Positions 11,743 through 21,184 of a DNA stretch of 64,000 nt are shown here, piece after piece (positions within the stretch are counted from its first letter, which is position 1; every line of letters starts with the position of its first letter). The stretch lies in contig CBDCDA010000002.1 of assembly GCA_965215335.1 (NCBI GenBank), positions 352,001-416,000 on the forward strand, in the 5' to 3' direction. This DNA comes from an uncultured Candidatus Entotheonella sp. GTDB lineage: Bacteria; Tectomicrobia; Entotheonellia; Entotheonellales; Entotheonellaceae. Made by a program: the position numbers and the translations under genes. The notes under the pieces were generated by a model that was given only the letters and a program-made list of their open reading frames with translations, was not told where the DNA came from and made no database searches.

Positions 11743-13033
11743 GGGCATCTCTAATAATACGCATCTCTGACTTGGTTTAGAATCACTGCAACACGTTTAC
11801 CAAGTTCCCAAAGGCCGGAGGATTGCACATGGCTCAGATGGGCTTTTTCGACGTCGAGAATCGCTATGCCGCTCTGGACGCCAAGAATGACTCCTTGGTG
11901 AAGATCAATGCCCTCGTTCCCTGGGAAACATTCCGCAGCCGCCTGGAGGCAGTCTGGCGCAAGCCACCCGACAAGCGCAAGTCCAATGCCGGATGCAAGC
12001 CCTGGGACGCTATCGTCATGTTCAAAGCCATCGTGTTGTGCGCCCTCTACAACCTGTCGGATGACCAAGTGGAATACCAGATGCGCGACCGCCTCTCCTT
12101 TGTGCGTTTCCTGGGTTTGCGCCTTGAAGACAAGGTGCCCGACGCCAGGACCGTGTGGCTCTGTCGCGAGCAGTTGTCACAGGCCGGTGTGATCGAAGCT
12201 TTGTTCAACGACTTCGACGGCTATCTCAACACCCAGGGCTATCAGGCAAGGGGCGGCCAGATCATGGATGCTTCAATTGTGGCGGTCCCCATCCAACGCA
12301 ACCGTCGTGACGACAACGCCCAGATCAAGCAGGGCAGGACGCCCACGGCCTGGGCGGACAAGCCGGCCCGGCGTCGGCAGAAAGACACGGATGCGCGCTG
12401 GACGAAAAAGCACGGCAACAGTCACTACGGTTACAAGAACCACATTAACATTGACCGCACGTACAAACTGGTACGGCGTTACCGGGTGACGGACGCCTCG
12501 GTCCACGACAGTCAGGTGATGGATGAGTTGCTGACTTCGGACAACATGGCAAGCGGTGTGTGGGCGGACAGCGCTTATCGGTCGAAAGCGATAGAGGCGA
12601 AGGTGAAGGCCAAGGGGCTGACGAGTCGGATTCATCGCAAGGGCCATCGTAACCGTCCATTGCGGGATTGGGAGAAGGCCGGCAACAGGAGTCGTTCACG
12701 GTTTCGGGCACGGGTGGAACACGTCTTCGGCGCGCAGCACAATGACATGGGCGGGACGTTGGTTCGCAGCATCGGGCTTGTCCGGGCGAGGGCGCGGACA
12801 GGTCTCAAGAACCTGGCCTACAACATGCGACGGCTGGTTGGGTTGCAATGTCTTGGGACGGTGGGTTGAGGGCAAGTGGTGCGACAAGGTGTAGCGGGCG
12901 CCCTCTTTGAGAGGTGAATCCTGATTGTCGGGAGGCGATACCCTGGAAAGCTGAGTTGATTTTCCTATCGAAACGGTGCGAATGACCCATCCTGTCATCT
13001 TGGACCGCCCAAGAGGTATTTTTCGAGGTGCCC
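11743..13033 (+). mobile_element. complete IS5-family insertion sequence (1291 bp)
   Basis: IRs GGGCATCTCTAATAATAC and GTATTTTTCGAGGTGCCC (15/18 match); 4-bp direct repeat GTCA at 11739-11742 and 13034-13037. Confidence 0.95.
11829..12869 (+). CDS. IS5-family DDE transposase
   Basis: QMGFFD start, IMDAS, KDTDARWTKK, GYKNH, WADSAY, RVEHVFG; ORF uninterrupted. Confidence 0.95.
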   Translation: MAQMGFFDVENRYAALDAKNDSLVKINALVPWETFRSRLEAVWRKPPDKRKSNAGCKPWDAIVMFKAIVLCALYNLSDDQVEYQMRDRLSFVRFLGLRLEDKVPDARTVWLCREQLSQAGVIEALFNDFDGYLNTQGYQARGGQIMDASIVAVPIQRNRRDDNAQIKQGRTPTAWADKPARRRQKDTDARWTKKHGNSHYGYKNHINIDRTYKLVRRYRVTDASVHDSQVMDELLTSDNMASGVWADSAYRSKAIEAKVKAKGLTSRIHRKGHRNRPLRDWEKAGNRSRSRFRARVEHVFGAQHNDMGGTLVRSIGLVRARARTGLKNLAYNMRRLVGLQCLGTVG

Positions 13034-13444
13034 GTCAAAGAGTCGGTCTGAGCCTGTACGGGAGGGCGGAAAGAGGAACCCAGTATCACCGCACACCCCA
13101 TCCTGCCAGCAAGAGACCCTTCATGAGTCGCGTCATAGTCTTTCTCCTTCACCTGAAGTTGACAATGTGTCCTTTCCGTCTGTGGAAAGAAGGCGTGGCA
13201 GTATGGAAGAAGGACCTTGCCGAGTCAAGATGCATGTGTCCAACCAGGCCCTTTCATGCCAGGCGTCGGATCATGACAGGGAGGCAAAGGTCGGACGGTT
13301 GCAGAGGCGGAGTCGTCGTCTGATGATTTGTCCGGACCGGCGGCCCCCGATCCATGACAGAAACGGCAGGATCACGTGCAAGGAAGCGAGGCGCCGCGGT
13401 GCTGTTCAGCACGGATACCGACGTGGAGGTGCAGAGCCTCTATA

Positions 13445-14289
13445 AATGGTGAAAGCGAAACACCGTCGAAGACCACAAGACAGGACCCAGACAGCCGCGC
13501 TCGACACTTCTCAGCGAGGACGAGGAAGCCCTCATCATAGCCTTCCGCCGCCACACCCTGCTGCCACTCGACGACTGCCTCTACGCCCTCAAGCCGACCC
13601 TCCCGCATCACCACCCGTTCGTCACGCCATCGCTGTCTGAGGCGTCATGGTATCAGCCGCCTGCCACTCGAAGAGGGCGACAAACCCGAAAGGTAGCGCT
13701 TCAGGCGCTACCCCATCGGCTATTTCCATGTCGACATCGCCGAACTGCGCACCGCCGAGGGCAAACTCCATCTGTTCATCGCCATCGACCGGACCTCGAC
13801 GTTCGCCTTTCGCCAGACTGGTGGAACGCGCCACCACGAAAGCGGCGGCAGCATTCCTGGACGACCTGGTTGCAGCCGTGCCCTGCCAGGTCCATACGGT
13901 GCCGACCGACGATGGCATCGAGCTCGCCGATCTTGCCCGGAACCGAAGCGGCGCCACGGCGCGCTTGCGCGGTCACCTGTTCGAGCGGGCGTGTCGGCGA
14001 CATGGGATCGAGCACCGTCTGACGAAAAACCCAACCCTCCGTGGACCAAACGGTCAGGCCGAGCATGAACCGCACGGTCAAGGAGGCCACCGTCAAGCAT
14101 TTCCATTACGAGAGTCATGCCCGACTATGCAGCCATCTGGATGATTTTCTGTCGGCCTGCAACTTCGCGCGGCGCCTCAAGACCCTCCGGGGCCGTACAC
14201 CCTACGAGTACATTTGCAAGGTCTGGACATCGGAACCGCAAAGATTTAGAGTCGAGCCAGACCATCTGATCCCGGGACCATACACCTAG
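13445..14289 (+). mobile_element. IS481-family transposase remnant lacking the N-terminus, frameshifted, with right IR
   Basis: AFRRHTLLPLDDCLYAL, YPIGYFHVDIAE, MNRTVKEATVK, ARRLKTLRGRTPYE spread across frames; end GGGACCATACA at 14274-14284. Confidence 0.9.
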
Positions 14290-14333
14290 TGCCAGAATTC
14301 CTGTGGTTCCACAAAACGCTTGGGAGGAACGCG

Positions 14334-14702
14334 ATGACCTCGGCATGGTGCCTGCGGCTGGCCGCGGTGAGTGGATTCCTCGTGGTTGCCCTGGGTGCTT
14401 TCGGCGCCCACGGGCTCAAGGTCATCCTGCAGCGGCATGAAACCCTGGAGACGTGGCAGACGGCGGTGTTTTACCATGCGCTTCACACGCTGGTGCTGCT
14501 TGCCGTGTCGGCATATCCCGGCATCAGCAAGGGTGTCGTCATCAGCTTCGTATGCGGCATCTTCCTGTTCAGCGGCAGCCTGTATCTGCTGGCGGTGACC
14601 AATATGCGCTGGCTGGGTGCCGCAACCCCGGTCGGCGGCCTGGCTTTGCTGATCGGGTGGGCATGGCTGTTTGTCGCCGCGGGCGCAAACATGCAGAGGT
14701 AG
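14334..14702 (+). CDS. DUF423 (YgdD/YwdK-like) membrane protein
   Basis: VALGAFGAHGL, FSGSLY, TPVGG motifs; RBS GGAGG. Confidence 0.92.
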   Translation: MTSAWCLRLAAVSGFLVVALGAFGAHGLKVILQRHETLETWQTAVFYHALHTLVLLAVSAYPGISKGVVISFVCGIFLFSGSLYLLAVTNMRWLGAATPVGGLALLIGWAWLFVAAGANMQR

Positions 14703-14727
14703 GCACCGCCTGATGTGCTGATCAGCG

Positions 14728-14736
14728 TGATACAAT
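14728..14736 (+). promoter_or_regulatory. putative extended -10 promoter element upstream of the GNAT gene
   Basis: TGATACAAT (TGn-TACAAT) about 40 bp before the ATG. Confidence 0.4.
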
Positions 14737-14776
14737 CTGCCGTCTTGGCCATGGCCGCCGTTAGGAATCTTCTCTC

Positions 14777-15604
14777 ATGCCCTCGTATCGCTTTTGTCGT
14801 CCGGACGATCTGGGGTTGATCGTGCGGGCGATCAATCAATGCTGCCGCATCCACGAGCCGGACACGCCGGAGATGACCGAGGAGCGGCTGAAGGCGCACA
14901 TGACGCTGTTTGCCGTGCGCCCCGGCAATTGCATGGTGGCGCTCGAACGGCAGCAGCCGGTGGCGGCGATCATCAGCGCGCGCCGTGAGGCGGGCGCGTG
15001 GATCCAGACTTTGGGCTGCCAGCCGGCGTTTCAGTGTCGCGGCATCGCCTCTCAGCTTGTCGAGGCGCTGGTTCGTAAAATCGCCATCCAGCGCGCCGAA
15101 GACATTACGGTAGACGTTCCCGAAGATAACGACGCGGCGCTTGACTTCTTCCGGGCCGCCGGCTTCGAAGAACGCGGACGCCTCATCACCCTGGAGGGCG
15201 AGCCGGGCATTGCTGGCGATCCAGCCGGGGAAGTCATTCAGGCGCCGGCGGCGGAGTTGCTGGATTCCTACCAGGCATTCCACGCTTTGCCGGCGTGCTG
15301 GGAGCGCCGCGCTGATTCCCTGGCTGGCTATGGCGAGTTGTTACAAGGTTACGCCTACCGTGAAAATGGCATGATACAGGGCTACCTCTTGCACCAGGGC
15401 GCAACGATTCTGGACCTCGCCTGCGCGCCCGACGCGGACGCGGCTCAGGTAAGCGCCGTCTTGCTGGGTCGTCTGCACGTTGCCGGCACGGCAACGTGCA
15501 CGCTCCCCAAAATGAATGCGGCCGACCCGCTTTTCGGCACCCTGCAGCGGCGGGGGCTGCGGCCCGCGCGCAGCTATCGCCTGATGGGGCAGAAACTGTC
15601 ATGA
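14777..15604 (+). CDS. GNAT family N-acetyltransferase (tandem domains)
   Basis: motif A PAFQCRGIASQLV and NDAALDFFRAAGF; second degenerate GNAT half. Confidence 0.85.
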   Translation: MPSYRFCRPDDLGLIVRAINQCCRIHEPDTPEMTEERLKAHMTLFAVRPGNCMVALERQQPVAAIISARREAGAWIQTLGCQPAFQCRGIASQLVEALVRKIAIQRAEDITVDVPEDNDAALDFFRAAGFEERGRLITLEGEPGIAGDPAGEVIQAPAAELLDSYQAFHALPACWERRADSLAGYGELLQGYAYRENGMIQGYLLHQGATILDLACAPDADAAQVSAVLLGRLHVAGTATCTLPKMNAADPLFGTLQRRGLRPARSYRLMGQKLS

Positions 15605-15643
15605 GGCGCTTCAACCGCCCAAATCCAAATGAAAGAGTGAGTC

Positions 15644-16048
15644 ATGAATGGAACGACGACACGCCCTGTCATCCTGGAGGACCTGATCGAACGGATTGCA
15701 TTTGCAGCGTTCGACACCGACATCTTCGCGATTTACATCAACACCGGGCGCGCTTTGCAGCGCCCGGTCAAGGACCGGTATCCGCATCTCGTGGCGGTCG
15801 GGCGGGTCAGTCAGCAGGTCGAGATCGTCGGCATGGTGGAAACCGACGAAAGCCTGAACGATCTTGCCACCGCCGCGCGGCGGTGGCGTGCCCTGGAACA
15901 CCTGCAAGCCGCCGCTTACCTGTATGTTCCCAAAGGCCGCGGCGCCGACGCGCGCACCTTGTGCCTGCGCCAGACCATCTGCATTTCCGATTTCCGGCAC
16001 TATTGGTTCGAAGGCGAGACGCTATGCCTCGAGCGCTGCTTTGCGTGA
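15644..16048 (+). CDS. hypothetical protein, possible degenerate PD-(D/E)xK-like fold
   Basis: 134-aa ORF; YPHLV...GMVETDES...YLYVP pattern. Confidence 0.6.
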   Translation: MNGTTTRPVILEDLIERIAFAAFDTDIFAIYINTGRALQRPVKDRYPHLVAVGRVSQQVEIVGMVETDESLNDLATAARRWRALEHLQAAAYLYVPKGRGADARTLCLRQTICISDFRHYWFEGETLCLERCFA

Positions 16049-17236
16049 TGCACAGGTTGGCGCTTCCGGGAAGCGACACGTGATGCCTCGCATGCCTTGC
16101 AGAGCCAGTTGCAGCAGGGCAGGGGTGTCCAATGCCTGCTCGGCCGCTTCGATGGCCGGCAGGGTCGTGCGGGTGGCGGGGCGGCGCGGCACGAACAGCG
16201 TGCAGCAGTCCTGATCGGGGAGGATCGAGGTCGCATAGGTCCCAATGGCTTCGGCCTGTGCCATGATCTCGGCCTTGTCCATGCCGATGAGGGGACGCAG
16301 GACCGGCAAGGTGCTGACGGCCTCGATGACGCGCAGATTGCTGAGGGTCTGTGAGGCTACCTGACCCAGTGATTCGCCCGTTACCAATGCATGGGCGCCG
16401 AGCTGCTGCGCCAAGGCATCGGCAACCCGCAACATGTATCGTCGGTAGAGGACGACGCGGTACGCTGACGGCACGGCGCTTACGATGCGTTGTTGCACCT
16501 CGCCGAACGGAACCATGCACAATTGCGCACGATACTGATGCCGAGTCAGCAAGCGGGCCAGGGCGTGCGCTTTACGCTGCGAGGCGCGGTCCAGAAACGG
16601 GTAGCTGTGAAAGTGGACGAAGTGCACTTGGCAGCCCCGCCTCATCATCCGGTAAGCAGCCACCGGCGAGTCCAGCCCCCCTGACAACAGGCCCAGCAGC
16701 GTGCCGCCCGTGCCAACGGGCAAGCCGCCCGCCCCGGCAATTTTTTCTACGTAAATCAATGTTCGCCGCGGAATCACCTCGACGTACACAACCAACTCCG
16801 GGTTCTTCAAATCCACCCGTGTGGCGTGTGTCGCCAGCACGTGTGCGCCGAGGATACGGCTGATCTCCTGTGACCCCCAGGGCAGTTCCCTGAATGCCCG
16901 CCGCGCCGTGATGCGGAAGCTGCCGAAGGTACGGCCATGCAGGGCGCCGCTCACGGCCTGCTTGACGGCTTCGAGGTCGTGCGGCGCCGTCCAGCAACGC
17001 GAGAAATTGGCCACGCCGAAGACCTGTTGCAACCGTTCCTCAAGCTGTTCCCAGGGAATTTTTTCCGATGCGGTCAGCAACAGCCGTCCCGATTGCTGCT
17101 CGACAGAACCCTCGCCCAGTGAGTTGAGCGCCTTCTCCAGGTTTCGCATCAGAGCGTGCAGAAAGACCGGCCGATTCCTGCCCTTGAGTCCCAGCTCGCC
17201 GTAATGCACAACAATGTGGTGTCGTGTATCGTCCAT
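16022..17236 (-). CDS. thiI: tRNA 4-thiouridine synthase ThiI (THUMP plus PP-loop, no rhodanese domain)
   Basis: YGELGLKGRNR, LLSGGLDSPVA, TGESLGQVASQT, RPLIGMDK, DCC. Confidence 0.97.
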   Translation of the reverse strand: MDDTRHHIVVHYGELGLKGRNRPVFLHALMRNLEKALNSLGEGSVEQQSGRLLLTASEKIPWEQLEERLQQVFGVANFSRCWTAPHDLEAVKQAVSGALHGRTFGSFRITARRAFRELPWGSQEISRILGAHVLATHATRVDLKNPELVVYVEVIPRRTLIYVEKIAGAGGLPVGTGGTLLGLLSGGLDSPVAAYRMMRRGCQVHFVHFHSYPFLDRASQRKAHALARLLTRHQYRAQLCMVPFGEVQQRIVSAVPSAYRVVLYRRYMLRVADALAQQLGAHALVTGESLGQVASQTLSNLRVIEAVSTLPVLRPLIGMDKAEIMAQAEAIGTYATSILPDQDCCTLFVPRRPATRTTLPAIEAAEQALDTPALLQLALQGMRGITCRFPEAPTCASRKAALEA

Positions 17237-17432
17237 GAAACGTTCCTGAACGCTACGCTATACTCGCTCGCAACAGGCCGAGCAAAGGGGCGTGGCAGAG
17301 GGGGCAGGGGCCAGAATCCCCCTTGCGTTCCGGGGGTACCCACTGCATTGTTGGTAGCCTCGTTTGATGCCCCCACTAGGCGTCAATTCCGGCCCCTTTC
17401 AAGTGTTCTCCAACTCCTGAGGAGTGTCATTC

Positions 17433-18575
17433 ATGACCTTCGATGTCGAACAAGTTGATTCTGTCCTGCGGACGACCCGAGCGGTGCGCCGGCGGCTCGA
17501 TCTCGAGCGTCCGGTTCCCGACGAGATCATTCTGCAGTGCATAGACCTGGCGGAACAGGCGCCTTCCGGCGCGAATATCGCCAGCCGCCGCTGGCTGGTC
17601 ATCCGCGACGCCGAGGTCAAGGCCGAGGTCGCCGAACTGTACCGCATGGCCGGGGGGACCAACATCATTCAGATCGCTGAGCAACTCGAGGGCACCGGCT
17701 CGCACCGCGAGCACACAGCGTCGTCGAGCGCCTACTTGGCGCAGAACATGGAGCGCGTGCCGGCTCTGGTCATCCCGACGATCTGGGGCGAGCACGACGG
17801 CAGCGGACGTCCAGGGCTGTTCGACTCCGTCATCCAATCGGCCTGGAGCTTCTGCCTAGCGCTGCGTGCACGCGGCCTCGGCACCGCGTGGACCACGATG
17901 ATCTTCGGCAAACGGCAGGAACTCGTTGACATCCTGGGCATTCCCAAGGGCGTGACGCCCATCGTGCTGCTACCCGTGGCCTGGACGATCGGCACCGATT
18001 TCAAACCCACCGCCCGGCGACCTGCCTCTCAGATCGTCTGGTTTGATCACTGGGGCCATACCAACGCACAGCCCTTTCATGGCGACGTCCTGGCCGCCCA
18101 GCCCGGCGTGACCGTCGAGGTCGACGTGGAGGCATCGCCGCAGCGTCTCTGGGACCTGATCAGCGACGTCACGCTGCCGGCCCGCTTCAGCGACGAGTTT
18201 CAAGGTGCCGAATGGCTCGACGGCGACGGCCCGCGCGTGGGCGCACGCTTCGTCGGGCACAACCGCATCGGCGAGCGGCAGTGGGAAACCACCTCACACG
18301 TCGTCGCCTGCGAGGCTCCCCGCCTGTTCGCCTGGAACGTCAGCAACGCCGAGACACCGATCGCGCAGTGGCGCTTCGAGCTGGACCGCGTTGGCAATTC
18401 CACCCGCTTGCGCCAGTGCATGACCATGGGTCCCGGCCTCTCCGGAACTACCCGCGCGATGCAGCAAGACCCCGACAATGCCCTCCAGATTCTCGCCGTG
18501 CGCCGTGCAACGCTGCGCCGCAATATGGAATTGACCGTTCAGGGAATGAAGCAACTGGCGGAGTCGGAGAAATGA
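17433..18575 (+). CDS. nitroreductase fused to an SRPBCC/START domain
   Basis: N-terminal TTRAVRRRLD, QAPSG, LALRARGLGT; C-terminal VDVEASPQRLWDLISD...FAW...WRFEL. Confidence 0.85.
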   Translation: MTFDVEQVDSVLRTTRAVRRRLDLERPVPDEIILQCIDLAEQAPSGANIASRRWLVIRDAEVKAEVAELYRMAGGTNIIQIAEQLEGTGSHREHTASSSAYLAQNMERVPALVIPTIWGEHDGSGRPGLFDSVIQSAWSFCLALRARGLGTAWTTMIFGKRQELVDILGIPKGVTPIVLLPVAWTIGTDFKPTARRPASQIVWFDHWGHTNAQPFHGDVLAAQPGVTVEVDVEASPQRLWDLISDVTLPARFSDEFQGAEWLDGDGPRVGARFVGHNRIGERQWETTSHVVACEAPRLFAWNVSNAETPIAQWRFELDRVGNSTRLRQCMTMGPGLSGTTRAMQQDPDNALQILAVRRATLRRNMELTVQGMKQLAESEK

Positions 18576-18627
18576 ACCATCAGGTCGGATTGCGGCTTCT
18601 CACGGCGTAATCCGGCCTCCCCCCCGC

Positions 18628-19785
18628 CTACGCCTCCCGCAAAGGCCGGAAGAAGGCCCGGATGTCCTGCGCCAGTATTTCCGGCTGTTCAAAGGCCGCA
18701 AAGTGGCCGCCGCGCGGCATTTCCGACCATTGCTGCAGGTTGAAGAACCGCTCGGCCCACTCGCGTGGCGGTTGGCTGATCTCCTTGGGAAACCGCGCCA
18801 CGGCGCACGGTACGTCGATACCCTGCCCAGGCTGGATGATCCACGGATTGTGCTGGTTCTCGTAGTAGATGCGGGTGGATGAGTTGATCGTCTGCGTGGC
18901 CCAGTAGATCGTCATCGTCGTCAGCAACTCGTCCTTGCTGAAACACCGCTCCACGTCCCCGTCGCAATCGCTCCAGCTGCGCCACTTCTCGACGACCCAG
19001 GCGGCCAGCGCGGTGGGGGAGTCGTTGAGGCCATACGACAGGGTCTGCGGCTTGGTTCCCTGGATGTGGGAATATCCGCCTTCCTCCAGTTGCCAATGCG
19101 CCCGCGCCTCCAGGAAGGTGCGCTCCGCGGGTGTCAGGTCGCGCATGCCCGGCTGCCAGCCGGTGGGCACGCCGGACACCGAGGTGGTGTGGATGCCGAT
19201 TACCTGGCTGCCGTAGGAAAAGCCCAACCGCGCCGTTACGCCGGCTCCCCAATCGCCGCCATGGGCGCCATAACGGCCGTAGCCGAGCGCCGTCGTCATG
19301 AGCTGCGCCCACAGATCGGCGATTCGTGCCACGTTGATGCCCCGCGTGTTGGTAATATCGGAAAAGCCGTAGCCCGGCAGCGACGGCGCCACCACGTCGA
19401 AGGCGTCTTGCGGGTCCCCGCCGTACGCCGCCGGATCGGTGAGCACGGGGATGATCTTGGACATCTCGAAGACGGTGCTCGGCCATCCGTGCGTGATGAC
19501 CAGCGGCAGCGGCGCCGGACCCTTTCCCTTCTCGTGGATGAAGTGAATCCCCATGCCGTCGACCGTGGTGCGGAAGTGCGAAAAGCGGTTCAGGGCCTGT
19601 TCCTGGGCGCGCCAGTCAAACTCGCTCTGCCAGTACGCCACGAGTTCCTTGACGTACGCCAGATTGGAGCCGTAATCCCATCCCGTGTGCGGGAGTTCTC
19701 CCGGCCAGCGGGTGCGGGCGAGGCGCTCGCGCAGGTCTTCCAGCGTTTCGTCGGCAACGTGAACGGTGAAGGGTTGCACGGTCAT
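18628..19785 (-). CDS. epoxide hydrolase (EHN plus alpha/beta hydrolase)
   Basis: HGWP, HGGDWG nucleophile, GGHFAAFEQP. Confidence 0.95.
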   Translation of the reverse strand: MTVQPFTVHVADETLEDLRERLARTRWPGELPHTGWDYGSNLAYVKELVAYWQSEFDWRAQEQALNRFSHFRTTVDGMGIHFIHEKGKGPAPLPLVITHGWPSTVFEMSKIIPVLTDPAAYGGDPQDAFDVVAPSLPGYGFSDITNTRGINVARIADLWAQLMTTALGYGRYGAHGGDWGAGVTARLGFSYGSQVIGIHTTSVSGVPTGWQPGMRDLTPAERTFLEARAHWQLEEGGYSHIQGTKPQTLSYGLNDSPTALAAWVVEKWRSWSDCDGDVERCFSKDELLTTMTIYWATQTINSSTRIYYENQHNPWIIQPGQGIDVPCAVARFPKEISQPPREWAERFFNLQQWSEMPRGGHFAAFEQPEILAQDIRAFFRPLREA

Positions 19786-19914
19786 CCTGATGGGGCCTCC
19801 TTGAGATGCGCAACTACGCACGTGGGTCGATGGGGTCCGAATGTCTATGGCGGTGGCTCATGTTACCCGCCGGAATGGCCGCAAACAAGCGCCAAGGCCG
19901 CCACTGTGCACGGG

Positions 19915-20295
19915 CTACCAGACGCCCTCCACCGGGTACGCTTCGTCCCCGCCGGACCACGGCGGCATGCTGACGCCGATCGCCGTCAACGCCTTGTTCC
20001 CATCGTTTCGGAACTGAAAGTGGGTGCCCGCCGGAATGATAATCGACACCCCTTCGACCACCTCGATGGTTTCCTCGTCCGCCCCCTGCTTGCGCCAAAA
20101 CCGACCCCGTCCCGTCAGGAAATACCACGCCTCCTCGATGCCGTGATGGGCCACCGCCTGCGACGCCTGCCCGCGTGGCAGTGAAAAATGCGCCATGCTG
20201 CCGCGCATCCCGCTGCACAAGACGCGCACCTCGGAACCGTCAGGTGCTATCGCGTCCACTGTCAACGACAGCCGTTTGGTCTCGAACCGCCCCAT
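19915..20295 (-). CDS. cupin domain protein
   Basis: APDGSEVR, H...EEAWYFLTG, IPAGTHFQFRN. Confidence 0.9.
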   Translation of the reverse strand: MGRFETKRLSLTVDAIAPDGSEVRVLCSGMRGSMAHFSLPRGQASQAVAHHGIEEAWYFLTGRGRFWRKQGADEETIEVVEGVSIIIPAGTHFQFRNDGNKALTAIGVSMPPWSGGDEAYPVEGVW

Positions 20296-20522
20296 GTGTC
20301 TCCCTCATTCATCGTGTTGCCTGTATTGCGAGATCCATTGAAAAACGTCCGCACATTTTACTTGGATGGCAGATGTAACATATGCTATCTCGTTTCCACA
20401 AACCGCATGCTTGTGAACCACCGTGCCGGTAGAATCTTCTCCGAAAGCCGAAACGTACATGCCGTCCATTCTTTCGACGCCATTACCCGGGCGACTACCC
20501 CCTACCGGATCAAAAGCCCAAG

Positions 20523-20727
20523 TGTACAGTCCCATGGACTGATGGTACGATCCTTTCCGTGCAATCGAAGGAGGCATTATGGGACAGGCACTTCACGGCA
20601 GCGCCACGACCACGCACGCCGTCGGAAAAGCAATACAGTGATCGAAAGCTTCGCTCAAGGAACTGAGCCAAACTACGGTATCAACCCCAAGACCGTCCGA
20701 AAACGGCGAAAGCGAAACGCCTCCTGA
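20523..20727 (+). mobile_element. IS481-family left end with transposase N-terminal fragment
   Basis: IR TGTACAGTCCC; ATG at 20579, MGQALHGSATTTHAV...YGINPKTV with an internal stop. Confidence 0.85.
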
Positions 20728-20891
20728 AGGGTGCGATTTTCAACTCGGTGGCTGAGTGTGAGGCTGCCATCGGTCGCTTTATCGACGAACATGACAGCCG
20801 TGAAGCCAGGCCGTTCAAGTGGACTGCTGACCCGGACAAGATCATTGCTGTTCAGAAAAGAGGGTTCCAAGTGATAAATTCAGACCACTAG
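20728..20891 (+). mobile_element. IS630-family transposase C-terminal remnant
   Basis: FNSVAECEAAIGRFIDEH...PFKWTADPDKIIA...SDH* ending CACTAG. Confidence 0.8.
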
Positions 20892-20957
20892 ATACCCGAT
20901 GGACGGGGTCGCGGACGACCCAGAGAGGGCACCTCTTTCTTGCTGTGTGATACAGCA

Positions 20958-21045
20958 CTATAGGCTGCCCTTGCACATCCCCACCACGGCGGCGATATCT
21001 TCCAGGGTCGTCACCCGACAACCTTTCTCTTTGAACAACCGGAGC
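20958..21045 (-). pseudogene. TetR-family HTH fragment
   Basis: RLFKEKGCRVTTLEDIAAVVGMCKGSL then stop. Confidence 0.7.
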
Positions 21046-21184
21046 GGGCGTGGCGACGATGTCGCGCTCTCGTGAAAGCGGATTCGGTTTTCGCTCTGTT
21101 CATGACTGTGCACGCCCCTCACGCGATCGTCGGTGGCGGCTGCACGTTTGATATACGGCATGGCCTTGGGATATGCCCAAGGGA

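Larger units (their letters stand above)
10508..13136 (-). pseudogene. secreted SVSGG-repeat (predicted beta-solenoid) protein, interrupted by IS5
   Basis: RBS AAGGAG plus ATG at 13136 and a signal-peptide-like segment ending PVQA lie right of the IS; removing the IS and one GTCA copy joins QTDSL|TSAEISDLRK in frame with ORF 10508..11764. Confidence 0.85.

Noticed and set aside
10477..11770. Alternative long ORFs (10477..11373 -, 10562..11770 +) over the repeat, and the idea of a CRISPR array
   Set aside because: Shadow frames of a 45-bp coding repeat; units are contiguous with no unique spacers, and no cas genes are present.
13150..13444. ORFs between the repeat gene start and the IS481 remnant
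   Set aside because: No motifs or RBS; probably promoter or decayed DNA.
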